Source of the DNA: Gammaproteobacteria bacterium
GTDB taxonomy: Bacteria; Pseudomonadota; Gammaproteobacteria; BTQY01
DNA: 64,000 nucleotides
Direction of reading: 5' to 3'
Assembly: GCA_036986115.1 (NCBI GenBank)
Contig: BTQY01000005.1
Coordinates: 3,210-67,209, forward strand
Part shown: piece after piece, positions 30,275 through 39,108 of the stretch
Layout: each line of letters opens with the position of its first letter
Numbering within the stretch: the stretch's first letter is position 1
The notes under the pieces: generated by a model
Seen by the model: the letters and a program-made list of their open reading frames with translations, nothing else
Database searches by the model: none
Told to the model about the DNA's origin: nothing
Translations under genes and position numbers: made by a program

Positions 30275-30717
30275 GCGGTCAAGCCGTGGGCAATTGCGAA
30301 GAGACGATCCTCGATGATGCGTGCGCCCTCTTCGGTGTCCAGGACCTCGATAGGGGTCTGACCATTAAGGTTGCGTTTTGGTTTGTGTAACCAGCGTGAG
30401 GCCTTCTCCGGATTGCCAAAGACCTCATCGGCAAAGGTCAGAACGCGGGCCACTCTTACCATGCGGCCCGATTCATCAGGTTCGAGTCGCTGGTGATGTT
30501 TGATGCGGCGCTGTAGTGTCCTACGGGGCATGACCAGGTGTTCCATATCTCCGGTGGTAAGCCGAAGGCCATCAAAGACCAAACCGACTACTCTTACAGG
30601 CAGGCCTTGGCGGACTGCCTCTGTCAGTTCGAGTTCTGTTTTTATCGGTGCGCCAAAAGTCTTTTCACCGCCCAATTTAGTAAATATCGCTTTTTTTAAC
30701 TGCATTAGTCTAACCAT
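30271..30717 (-). CDS. Xre-like/DUF2384 antitoxin partner of RES toxin (MbcA/ParS-like)
   Basis: 148-aa protein with C-terminal DUF2384-like toxin-binding region (RWLHKPKRNLNGQTPIEVL). Immediately upstream of and translationally coupled to the RES gene. Confidence 0.8.
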   Translation of the reverse strand: MVRLMQLKKAIFTKLGGEKTFGAPIKTELELTEAVRQGLPVRVVGLVFDGLRLTTGDMEHLVMPRRTLQRRIKHHQRLEPDESGRMVRVARVLTFADEVFGNPEKASRWLHKPKRNLNGQTPIEVLDTEEGARIIEDRLFAIAHGLTA

Positions 30718-30807
30718 TAATTAACAATATGCCCAAAGTATAGCGGCATATTGTATTGTTGTCGAGAGAAAAGGCGGCTTGCGCCGCCCTTTTTTTGTGA
30801 ATTAAGT

Positions 30808-30982
30808 CTATGACTTAGGGAACCTCTGATTTATTCTGGACGAAGCAGATTGCATCTAAAATGTTCAGATTCAAGGCGCGAATTGCACGTAATAGCCGGC
30901 TATTGCGAAGCTTCGCAACGCAGAAGCTGGATATTCTAGAGGTGAGATGCAAGTTCATGAATAGATCAGAGGTTCCTTAGGT
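30808..30982. repeat. MITE-like palindromic element with ~21-bp TIRs (GGAACCTCTGAT[T/C]TATTC) and nested internal inverted repeats
   Basis: TTAGGGAACCTCTGATTTATTC at 30808-30829 vs reverse complement of GAATAGATCAGAGGTTCCTTAGG at ~30959-30981. Internal TTGCATCT/AGATGCAA and GCGAAGCTTCGC palindromes. Confidence 0.5.
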
Positions 30983-31004
30983 TTGATCGTGCGAAATACG
31001 ATCT

Positions 31005-31170
31005 GGTTGTTGAATTGCACCCAAAATTGACCCACTATTTGCACTGAACTTTGACCCGTAATTGAACTGTTAACCTATTGGAACACATACACTGACCGGC
31101 TAAACAGTGGGTCAAATATCAAAACGAATAAACGATGAAAATGGCTCAATTGAACGTGCAATTCAACAGG
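31005..31170. promoter_or_regulatory. Iteron/centromere-like repeat cluster (TTGACCC/GGGTCAA, AATTGAAC) bracketed by a 12-bp perfect inverted repeat
   Basis: GTTGAATTGCAC (31008-31019) and GTGCAATTCAAC (31156-31167). TTGACCC at 31027 and 31051; GGGTCAA at 31109; AATTGAAC at 31060 and 31148. Confidence 0.4.
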
Positions 31171-31220
31171 TCAGTTTTAGATGCTATTAAACAGTCAGTA
31201 CACAGACGGGTGATCTTGTC

Positions 31221-31337
31221 GCCATGAACCACAATACCTGATTAAAATGATTGGGTATTATCCATGATTCGGTAGGGGGCAAACACAGACAATCTATACG
31301 CCGAGTGGCCCGCTAACCGCCGCTGAGGCGCCTGGTA
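31221..31337 (+). repeat. Direct repeat copy 2 (~117 bp), abutting the 3' end of parA
   Basis: GCCATGAACCACAATACCTGATTAAAATGATTGGGTATTATCCATGATTCGG... Same orientation as copy 1. Confidence 0.7.
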
Positions 31338-31368
31338 CGGCCTTATTTAATCCGGGTTTACTCTGGAT

Positions 31369-32007
31369 TTACTCCGGGACGCTGCGCTTGCTGTTGACCC
31401 AGCGGGTCAGCGAGCGCCACTGATCGACATCGGGCGCCATTAGCGACGGTGCCATTTCGAAGATACTGCAGCCTCTTTCGGCGCTACGGATGTAGTTCTG
31501 GGTGTCCCTCAGGGTGGCGATACGCGGGATACCGAGTCGACGCAGGAATTTCTCCAGGGTGTGGTAAATAAGGGTATTTTCGCGCACCCGGTTGGCGACC
31601 ACGGCCAGTTTCACCTGCTCACGGTTGACCTTGCCGACCAGCAGCAGCTCCTCAATAAAATGGGCCACGGCACGAATATCGATTGGTGATGGCAAAACCG
31701 GGATGATCAGGCTCTGCACACGGCGGATCAAAGGCGTCAGGTCTTTGCCATGGACCGCGGCCGGGACATCCATGACCAGGTACTCGGTGCCACGCGGTAC
31801 TTTTAGCTTGCCTTCATAGCCGGCAATACCATGGATCTCATTGAACTTGTCGGAGCGTGCCTCCAGCCAGTCCATGCTTGAGCCCTGTGGATCACAATCA
31901 GCAAGCACAACCTGCCTGCCCTTGCTGGCAAGGTACCCGGCGAGATTGGTCGCGATAGTTGTCTTGCCGCAGCCGCCCTTGGCGTTCATGATCATAATAG
32001 TGCGCAC
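31369..32007 (-). CDS. parA: Orphan ParA/Soj-family partition ATPase, small type Ib
   Basis: Deviant Walker A (NAKGGCGKTT); 212 aa with no N-terminal HTH. No parB downstream. Confidence 0.85.
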   Translation of the reverse strand: MRTIMIMNAKGGCGKTTIATNLAGYLASKGRQVVLADCDPQGSSMDWLEARSDKFNEIHGIAGYEGKLKVPRGTEYLVMDVPAAVHGKDLTPLIRRVQSLIIPVLPSPIDIRAVAHFIEELLLVGKVNREQVKLAVVANRVRENTLIYHTLEKFLRRLGIPRIATLRDTQNYIRSAERGCSIFEMAPSLMAPDVDQWRSLTRWVNSKRSVPE

Positions 32008-32093
32008 AGTGGTCCTCCGTCGCTGTTATTTTTGCCAATGCTAAACTATCAACAACTATAACGCACCTTCCCCTGGTGTGGGTAGGCTGGCGA

Positions 32094-32771
32094 CTACTTC
32101 GATAACGAGGTTACCAGTGCATGGTGGGGGTATCGATCGTTCTTTTTCTGCATCCGTTTGATAAGTGCATTGAGGCCATCGCGGCGTACCTGAGTGCCAA
32201 ATGATGAACGGTAGTTAGTCGCCAGACTGATGCCATCAATACTGACATCATCGATTTTCCACTTTCCTTTCGTCAGGCGCAGACTGTAATTCACCGGCAC
32301 CTTGCGTGCATTACGTAAATTAATCTCTGAGCGTACGGTGACATCCGTGGCATCTTCCCTGGCACGTAGCGGCAAATAGCTGACATCATTCTTGTGATCG
32401 ATGATTTGATCCAGGTAGGTCACCATCGCGGTCACGTAGGTGTGGGTCAGCAGAAAACGGAATTCCCGCAGGAAGCGTTTCTTTTGATCCGCATTGGCAC
32501 GGCGCCAGTATTTACCCAGCACAATTCGGCCAATGCGATCGAAATCAATATGCGGCACCACGATGCGCTCGGCAATACCATAGGCAATAGCCTGGTCCTG
32601 TTTGATCGCATCCTGTTTACTTTGCAGCTCACTGAGCAGGTTATTGTTGATGCCAACGATCAGGCGGTGGGCATCACCACTGCCCCTGGCAAGTGATGGC
32701 ACCGGCAACAGCAGGCTGGCGCTAAATAGCAGCCCGGTGAAGGCACGCAGCATGATGTTGAGTTGTCTCAT
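32094..32771 (-). CDS. MlaC/Ttg2D-family periplasmic lipid-binding protein
   Basis: Start moved to the internal Met preceding the signal peptide (MRQLNIMLRAFTGLLFSASLLLPVPSLA). MlaC-like fold features (GKYWR; ADQKKRF). Confidence 0.65.
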   Translation of the reverse strand: MRQLNIMLRAFTGLLFSASLLLPVPSLARGSGDAHRLIVGINNNLLSELQSKQDAIKQDQAIAYGIAERIVVPHIDFDRIGRIVLGKYWRRANADQKKRFLREFRFLLTHTYVTAMVTYLDQIIDHKNDVSYLPLRAREDATDVTVRSEINLRNARKVPVNYSLRLTKGKWKIDDVSIDGISLATNYRSSFGTQVRRDGLNALIKRMQKKNDRYPHHALVTSLSK

Positions 32772-33123
32772 ATCTTTAAATGGCTTGTTCTTTTTTAATC
32801 CGCGGTTAATGGGTTTGGCCACCGGCCGTTGAGTTAGTTCCAGGCCATACGATGAAGACATGGCTGGCGTGTCACGGTGTAACCCCCTAAGCGGCGCGAT
32901 GCTACGCTACTCGATCATGGCAGTGAATTCAATTACCCTAAAGTACTGCATGGCCGTTTTTAAATATAACTGGTTGAATTGAAAAATATTATGGCTGTTT
33001 TCCGGTGACAAATATGGGCGACGGAAACGGGCGAGGCCCACTACTCACCAAGTGATTTCACACGGTGCCGGCACGGTGCACAGCATGCGCCTGGCAAAGT
33101 CTGGACACAGTCTAAGGGTAGTT

Positions 33124-33152
33124 AGTACCTAGGTACTAGTACCTAGGTATAA
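33124..33152 (+). promoter_or_regulatory. Two tandem 14-bp palindromes (AGTACCTAGGTACT, AGTACCTAGGTAT) fused to a TATAAT -10 box
   Basis: Sequence gttAGTACCTAGGTACTAGTACCTAGGTATAATtg. The first copy is a perfect palindrome. The second runs directly into TATAAT. Confidence 0.5.
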
Positions 33153-33401
33153 TTGTCCTTCAGTAATTGATTGTTACAATTTGTTTCACGTTACACACCA
33201 GGGGGGGTGAGGACGTACTGGGAAGCAGAGCCCAAATTGGTGTCCAGGGTAAGCCTTTAGGGAGGCAGGACACACAAGGTTCCGGGGGGATGGACCTGAT
33301 ACTACCCGCTTTTGCAATAGCGCCTGATGGCGCTATTGTTATTTCTGTAGGTGCTGTTTCTGCGGGGGCCCATTATCCTGGACGCGGTCTTCCGGCAGCG
33401 A

Positions 33402-34886
33402 CTAGGCTTCGGTTGTTTCATCCAGGATGCCCAGTTCCTGCCAGATATCATCCACCTGTTGTTTTATCTCAGGGCTCATGCTGATGGGGTGGCCCCATTC
33501 CCGCTGGGTCTCGCCCGGCAGTTTGCTGGTCGCATCAAAACCCATCTTGGAGCCGAGTCCGGACACCGGCGAGGCGAAATCCAGATAATCGATCGGTGTA
33601 TTTTCGATGATAGTGGTGTCCCGTGCGGGATCCATGCGGGTGGTCATGGCCCAGACGACATCCTTCCAATCGCGCACGTTCACGTCATGATCGACGACGA
33701 TCACGAATTTTGTATACATAAACTGCCTTAGGAATGACCAGATTCCCAACATGACCCGCTTCGCGTGGCCCGGGTACTGCTTTTTCATCGACACACAGGC
33801 CATGCGGTAAGAGCAGCCCTCCGGTGGCAGGTAGAAATCGACGATCTCTGGAAACTGTTTTTGCAGGATCGGCACAAACACCTCGTTCAGTGCCTGTCCG
33901 AGTACGGCCGGTTCATCGGGTGGCCGGCCAGTATAGGTGCTGTGGTAGATCGGCTGCTGGCGGTGGGTAATGCGCTCAATGGTGAATACTGGAAAGGACT
34001 CGACCTCATTATAGTAGCCGGTATGGTCACCGAAAGGCCCTTCATCGGCGACTTCGCCCGGATGGATATGGCCTTCCAGCACAAACTCGGCCGAGGCAGG
34101 TACCTGTAGATCGCACCCGAGGCATTTGACCACCTCGGTCTTGCCGCCCCTGAGCAGGCCGGCAAACGCGTATTCAGACAGCTGGTCAGGTACCGGGGTG
34201 ACCGCGGCCAGTATGGTGGCCGGATCGGCCCCCAGCGCGACCGCCAGCGGAAACGGTTCGCCCGGATGGGCCTCGCACCAGTCCTTGTAGTCCAGCGCCC
34301 CGCCGCGGTGGGCCAGCCAGCGCATGATCACCTTGTTCGGCGCGATGACCTGCTGGCGGTAAATCCCCAGATTCTGGCGGTCCTTGCAGGGCCCCCTGGT
34401 GACGACCAGTGCCCAGGTGATCAGCGGGCCGGCATCACCCGGCCAGCAGGTCTGTATCGGCAGTTGTGACAAATCCACCTGCTCAGCCTCCAGCACGATG
34501 TCCTGGCAAACTGCCGACTTGACTACCTTTGGCGCCATGTTCAGCACTTGTTTAAAGGCCGGCAGTTTTTGCCAGGCGTCCTTCATGCCCCTGGGGGGTT
34601 CTGGCTCCTTCAGAAAGGCCAGTAATTTACCCACATCCCGCAATGCGGCCACCGAATCCTGTCCCATGCCCAACGCGACCCGGTCCGCGGTGCCAAACAG
34701 GTTGGCCAGTAACGGGATATCACTGCCCCTGGGATTCTCAAACAACAATGCCGGGCCACCTGCCCGCAAGGTGCGGTCGCAGATTTCAGTGATCTCGAGG
34801 TACGGATCCACCTCCCGGCTAATACGCCTGAGTTCGCCGAGGGACTCCAGTTGGCTAATAAAATCGCGTAGATCGTGATATTTCAT
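33402..34886 (-). CDS. ubiD: 4-hydroxy-3-polyprenylbenzoate decarboxylase
   Basis: [14 protein letters not shown]...N-terminus and full UbiD colinearity. Start moved to internal ATG (20-aa extension unsupported). Confidence 0.92.
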   Translation of the reverse strand: MKYHDLRDFISQLESLGELRRISREVDPYLEITEICDRTLRAGGPALLFENPRGSDIPLLANLFGTADRVALGMGQDSVAALRDVGKLLAFLKEPEPPRGMKDAWQKLPAFKQVLNMAPKVVKSAVCQDIVLEAEQVDLSQLPIQTCWPGDAGPLITWALVVTRGPCKDRQNLGIYRQQVIAPNKVIMRWLAHRGGALDYKDWCEAHPGEPFPLAVALGADPATILAAVTPVPDQLSEYAFAGLLRGGKTEVVKCLGCDLQVPASAEFVLEGHIHPGEVADEGPFGDHTGYYNEVESFPVFTIERITHRQQPIYHSTYTGRPPDEPAVLGQALNEVFVPILQKQFPEIVDFYLPPEGCSYRMACVSMKKQYPGHAKRVMLGIWSFLRQFMYTKFVIVVDHDVNVRDWKDVVWAMTTRMDPARDTTIIENTPIDYLDFASPVSGLGSKMGFDATSKLPGETQREWGHPISMSPEIKQQVDDIWQELGILDETTEA

Positions 34887-35003
34887 GGCTGATTCATCAT
34901 TCTGTTTCCGACACTGAGTATGCTGGCTGGGTCGCCAGTAATGCAACTATCAGCGGCAAAATCCTGAGCATTAACCTGGATCCGCCAATGGCGGGGCTTG
35001 TTT

Positions 35004-35777
35004 TTACAGCTTGAATTCGGCGACGACCGGGGCGTGATCGGAAGGGCGTTCCAGTTTACGCGGTCCCTTGTCGACATAACTGGCGCTGCACTTATCGCTC
35101 ATCCTGTCATTGGATAAAATGAGATCAATGCGCATACCGCGATTGCGACGAAATCCCAGCATGCGGTAGTCCCACCAACTGTAGATCTTTTCATCCTGCT
35201 CAAACAGGCGGAAGCTGTCGCTCAGGCCCAGTTTGATGAGCCTCTGGAATGCCTGTCTCTCCTCGGGGCTGACCAGTACCGAACCCTCCCAGGCGGCGGG
35301 GTCATGGCAATCGGCATCTTCCGGGGCGATATTGAAATCACCTGCCATGACAAATCGTTCATGTTGGCCCAGCTGCTGTTTTACATGCTTATGCAGCTTG
35401 TCCAACCAGTCCAGCTTGTACTGGAATTTTTCAGAGCCAACTTCAGATCCATTGGGTACATACAGGTTGAGGAAATGCACTTTCCCATAGGTGGCACCCA
35501 GAACACGCCGCTGCGGATCGTCCATGCCTGGCAGTTCAGTAATAATATCTGTCGGCTGTTGTTTTAATCGGCTGAGTATTGCGACACCGTTATAGGTTTT
35601 CTGGCCTGAAAATAATACCTGGTAGCCGGCATCATTGATGGCCTCTTCAGGAAAATTTTCGTCAATGGTCTTGGTTTCCTGTAATCCCAGCAGGTCAGGT
35701 TGTGCAGTCGCTAACCAGTCGAGCACATGAGGTAGTCGCACCCTCAGCGAGTTGACGTTCCAGGAGGCGATTTTCAT
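35004..35777 (-). CDS. xthA: Exodeoxyribonuclease III
   Basis: MKIASWNVNSLRVR...ETK... EEP-family nuclease motifs. Confidence 0.92.
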   Translation of the reverse strand: MKIASWNVNSLRVRLPHVLDWLATAQPDLLGLQETKTIDENFPEEAINDAGYQVLFSGQKTYNGVAILSRLKQQPTDIITELPGMDDPQRRVLGATYGKVHFLNLYVPNGSEVGSEKFQYKLDWLDKLHKHVKQQLGQHERFVMAGDFNIAPEDADCHDPAAWEGSVLVSPEERQAFQRLIKLGLSDSFRLFEQDEKIYSWWDYRMLGFRRNRGMRIDLILSNDRMSDKCSASYVDKGPRKLERPSDHAPVVAEFKL

Positions 35778-36041
35778 TTTATTGTCTCAGTATGTTAGAT
35801 CACTAGTTTAAAACTATGCACGGAGGTCACAGAGGAAAAATATTTTTTTTGCACTGTCCTACATAGCAGAACGATTCAAAGACTGGTGAGGGTGACTTTT
35901 TCAGACGGCTTGCGAGCGCAGCGAAGCCGGAGGACGAAAAAGATACCGGAGCCAGTCAACACTGTTCGTGGTGCAAATGGTTTTATTATCCCCGTGTCTT
36001 CCCGGTGTTCCCCGTGGTAATTCTTTTAATGTAGAGTGATA

Positions 36042-36968
36042 TCAGATACGGAAGCCACCGTGCCGCCTCAGGTTTTTCCGGTCCAGCCAGGAAGCACCCG
36101 CTGCAAAACCAAGGATGAGTATGATGACTGCCAGTATTATCATTAAGTTACTACTGATGCCAGCATTGTTCTCTCCACTGATGACAGTAATGGGGTTAGA
36201 GCCTTCTGCTGCCGCGTTGCCTGACAGGCTGGCCATGGCATTATCGATACGGGACTTAAGTGCATCATAATCAGCCTGAAGCTTTGTGACTTTTTCGCTG
36301 TTGATGTCACTAACCTTGTCAGTGGTCACTGGCCTGGCCTTTAATTTTGCCTCAAGTTCCCTGATGGTGGCATTCGCCTTTTTGAGGCTATCCTGTGAAC
36401 TGGCAAGATTTGTTGCCGCATCTTTCAGCGCCTTGCTGTTTTTGGCATCATCCTTATCCGTTGATTTCAATTTCCGGGCAAGTTTTTTATTTTCTTTTCG
36501 AAGCTTCTTTAGGTCTTTTTTAGCCTTTTTATACTGGGCCGTCAGTTTCTCAAATTCTTTTGCGTCAACACTACCCTGACTGGCAGCACTGTCTTCACTG
36601 ATTTTTTTCTTTAATTCAACGACCTGTTCACTGAGTTTTTCGACATCAGCCCTCGATTTTTTCAGGTCTTCGGTGGCCTGCCGATGTTTGTCAGTCAGAT
36701 CAAGGATCTGTAGTTGTGCGGGCTTGTTGTTGACCAGGTAGGAGGCATCTACCCAGCCTTCCACCCCATCCGGGTCGCGCACGCGGGCGTTGTTGCCATC
36801 TTTCTCAAGAATTTCCAGTGGTGTGCCGGTAGGGACGACCTTGACCAGCTCACTTTGACCCTTTTCCCTGTAAACCCCCAGCAGCACCTTGTCAGTCACA
36901 TAAACTGTTTGTGCATAGGCTGACAGCGCCGTCCCCAGCATCAGCAGTATCAGTATAAGTCGTATCAT
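36042..36968 (-). CDS. SH3-domain protein (TIGR04211-like) with coiled coil and C-terminal TM anchor
   Basis: Signal peptide, bacterial SH3_3 region, Lys-rich coiled coil, C-terminal hydrophobic helix. Confidence 0.75.
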   Translation of the reverse strand: MIRLILILLMLGTALSAYAQTVYVTDKVLLGVYREKGQSELVKVVPTGTPLEILEKDGNNARVRDPDGVEGWVDASYLVNNKPAQLQILDLTDKHRQATEDLKKSRADVEKLSEQVVELKKKISEDSAASQGSVDAKEFEKLTAQYKKAKKDLKKLRKENKKLARKLKSTDKDDAKNSKALKDAATNLASSQDSLKKANATIRELEAKLKARPVTTDKVSDINSEKVTKLQADYDALKSRIDNAMASLSGNAAAEGSNPITVISGENNAGISSNLMIILAVIILILGFAAGASWLDRKNLRRHGGFRI

Positions 36969-37010
36969 TATCCCCAGTATATACCCAAAAGCCCTGAATC
37001 CGTTAGAAGA

Positions 37011-39056
37011 TCAGGCAGCTATACCGCTATGGCGAAGCAACGCATCAATGCTGGGTTCCCTGCCACGAAAATTAACAAATAATTCCATCGGTTCCTGTGA
37101 GCCGCCCTGCTCGAGGATGGATTGCATAAAGTGCAGTCCGGTGCGGCGATCAAAGATCCCATTTTCCTCAAATTGCGCAAAGGCATCTGCCGACAGGACC
37201 TCGGCCCACTTGTAACTGTAATAGCCGGCCGAATAGCCACCGGCAAAGATGTGGGAAAAACTGTGGAGAAAACGGTTAAATGCCGGTGGGTGAATGACCG
37301 CCACCTGCCTGCGGACCTCATCCAGAACATCATAGACGCGAGTGTGTTTTTCCGGGTCATAATCCTTGTGCAGGCGGAAATCAAAAATGGCGAATTCCAG
37401 CTGCCTGACCATCTGCATCCCGGACTGGAAATTCTTTGCCGCCAGCATACGGCGGAACATTTCATCTGGGATGGCTGCACCGGTTTGATAGTGGCTGGCG
37501 ATAACATCCAGGGCCTCACGTTCCCAACACCAGTTTTCCATGAATTGGCTGGGTAGCTCGACCGCATCCCAGGCCACACCGCTGATACCAGACACACTGG
37601 GATAATCGATCAGCGTCAACATGTGATGCAGGCCATGACCAAATTCATGAAACAGGGTGACGACTTCATCGTGGGTAAACAGTGCCGGGCCATCACCGAC
37701 AGGTGGCGACAGGTTGCAGGTCAAATAGGCCACCGGGATCGTCAGGCCGGAAATGCTGTTGTTTCTGCCAATACATTCATCCATCCAGGCGCCACCACGT
37801 TTGTGAGGGCGCGCATACAGATCCAGGTAAAATTGCCCCCTTAGCCGGGAATCCTTGTCAAGAATTTCAAAAAAGCGCACGTCTTTATGCCAGGTCTCGA
37901 TAGTGGTGATTTCATTGATCTGCAGGCCATAGAGCCGCCTGACGACATCGAACATGCCCTCAACGACTTTCTGCTCCGGGAAGTAGGGTTTGAGTTCCTC
38001 CTGTGTGATGGAATACTTGTGCTGGCGTAATTTTTCCGAGTAGTAAGGGACATCCCATGCCTGCAGCTCTTCAATACTGTCTGTGTCGACGGCAAACTGG
38101 CGCAGCTCCTGCAATTCCTCTTTTGCCATTGGCAGGGAACGCGTCGCCAGGTCCTGCAGGAAACTCATGACCTGTTCGGTATCCAGTGCCATCTTGGTCG
38201 CCAGGGACCGCTGCGCATAGTTATCAAAGCCCAGCAGGTTGGCGAGCTCGTGACGCCGTGCCAGCAGTGTTTCCATGATAGGGCCGTTATCAAACTGACC
38301 GGCCGTCGGCCCCTCGTCCGAGGCACGCGTCACGTAGGCGGTGTAGAGTTCCCGGCGTAATTCACGGTCATCGGCATAGGTGATAATGGCAAAGTAACTG
38401 GGGAACTCCAGTGTCAGTAAAAATCCCGCAAGATCCTTTTGCCCGGCGGCCTGTCTGGCCATCGCCAGTGCCGTATCAGAGAGCCCCTGTAACTTTTCCT
38501 GCGAGTCTATCGATTTGCTCCAGGCGTTAGTTGCATCCAGAATATTTTCTTCAAACTTTGCCGTCAGACTGGACAACTCCAGCATGATTTCCCGGTAGCG
38601 CACCTTGTCATCATCATCCAGCTCGATACCGGTGAGGCGAAAATCCCGCAGGGCATTATCAATGACCTTGCGCTGCGCGCTGTTCAGTTGTGGATACTCC
38701 GCGCCATCGGCGATCTGTTTAAATGCCTGGTACAGGCCGGAGTGCTGGCCCATCTCGGTGGCGTAGTCGCTCAATTTTGGCAGGCAGGCATTATAGGCCT
38801 CACGCAGCTCCGCGCTGTTGACCACCGAGTTCATATGACTCACTGGCGACCAGGCCTGATTCAGGACCTCGTCGAGGTCTTCAATCGGTACTACCAGGTT
38901 TTCCCAGGTGTAGTGCCCGTTGGCCGCCAGCAACTGCGCGACCTGCTGGCGACTGTCTTCGATGATCTGTTCGATCGCCGGGACAACATGTTCAGGGTGA
39001 ATATGACTGAATCGGGGCAGTCCATGTGGTTTTAGCAGTGGGTTGGTATTTTCCAT
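37011..39056 (-). CDS. prlC: Oligopeptidase A (M3 family metallopeptidase)
   Basis: HEFGH zinc motif; length and colinearity with OpdA/PrlC. Confidence 0.92.
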   Translation of the reverse strand: MENTNPLLKPHGLPRFSHIHPEHVVPAIEQIIEDSRQQVAQLLAANGHYTWENLVVPIEDLDEVLNQAWSPVSHMNSVVNSAELREAYNACLPKLSDYATEMGQHSGLYQAFKQIADGAEYPQLNSAQRKVIDNALRDFRLTGIELDDDDKVRYREIMLELSSLTAKFEENILDATNAWSKSIDSQEKLQGLSDTALAMARQAAGQKDLAGFLLTLEFPSYFAIITYADDRELRRELYTAYVTRASDEGPTAGQFDNGPIMETLLARRHELANLLGFDNYAQRSLATKMALDTEQVMSFLQDLATRSLPMAKEELQELRQFAVDTDSIEELQAWDVPYYSEKLRQHKYSITQEELKPYFPEQKVVEGMFDVVRRLYGLQINEITTIETWHKDVRFFEILDKDSRLRGQFYLDLYARPHKRGGAWMDECIGRNNSISGLTIPVAYLTCNLSPPVGDGPALFTHDEVVTLFHEFGHGLHHMLTLIDYPSVSGISGVAWDAVELPSQFMENWCWEREALDVIASHYQTGAAIPDEMFRRMLAAKNFQSGMQMVRQLEFAIFDFRLHKDYDPEKHTRVYDVLDEVRRQVAVIHPPAFNRFLHSFSHIFAGGYSAGYYSYKWAEVLSADAFAQFEENGIFDRRTGLHFMQSILEQGGSQEPMELFVNFRGREPSIDALLRHSGIAA

Positions 39057-39108
39057 GAAGTCTGTTTACTGGTGTCTGGGCTTAAAAGGACTGATAATCT
39101 AGCATGAC

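Noticed and set aside
33160-33400. Known housekeeping ncRNA (tmRNA, RNase P RNA, 6S, SRP RNA)
   Set aside because: None of their conserved motifs (tmRNA GGGGCUGAUUCUGGAUUCGAC / tag-ORF, RNase P P4 GGAAAGUCCGG, SRP GGAA tetraloop domain) are present. Kept only as an uncharacterised sRNA candidate.
33167-33731. Two plus-strand ORFs (105 and 126 aa)
   Set aside because: Overlap the ubiD 3' half in antisense with no homology. The region upstream of them is more likely non-coding RNA or regulatory.
37019-37597. 192-aa minus-strand ORF
   Set aside because: Alternative frame inside prlC; no independent support.
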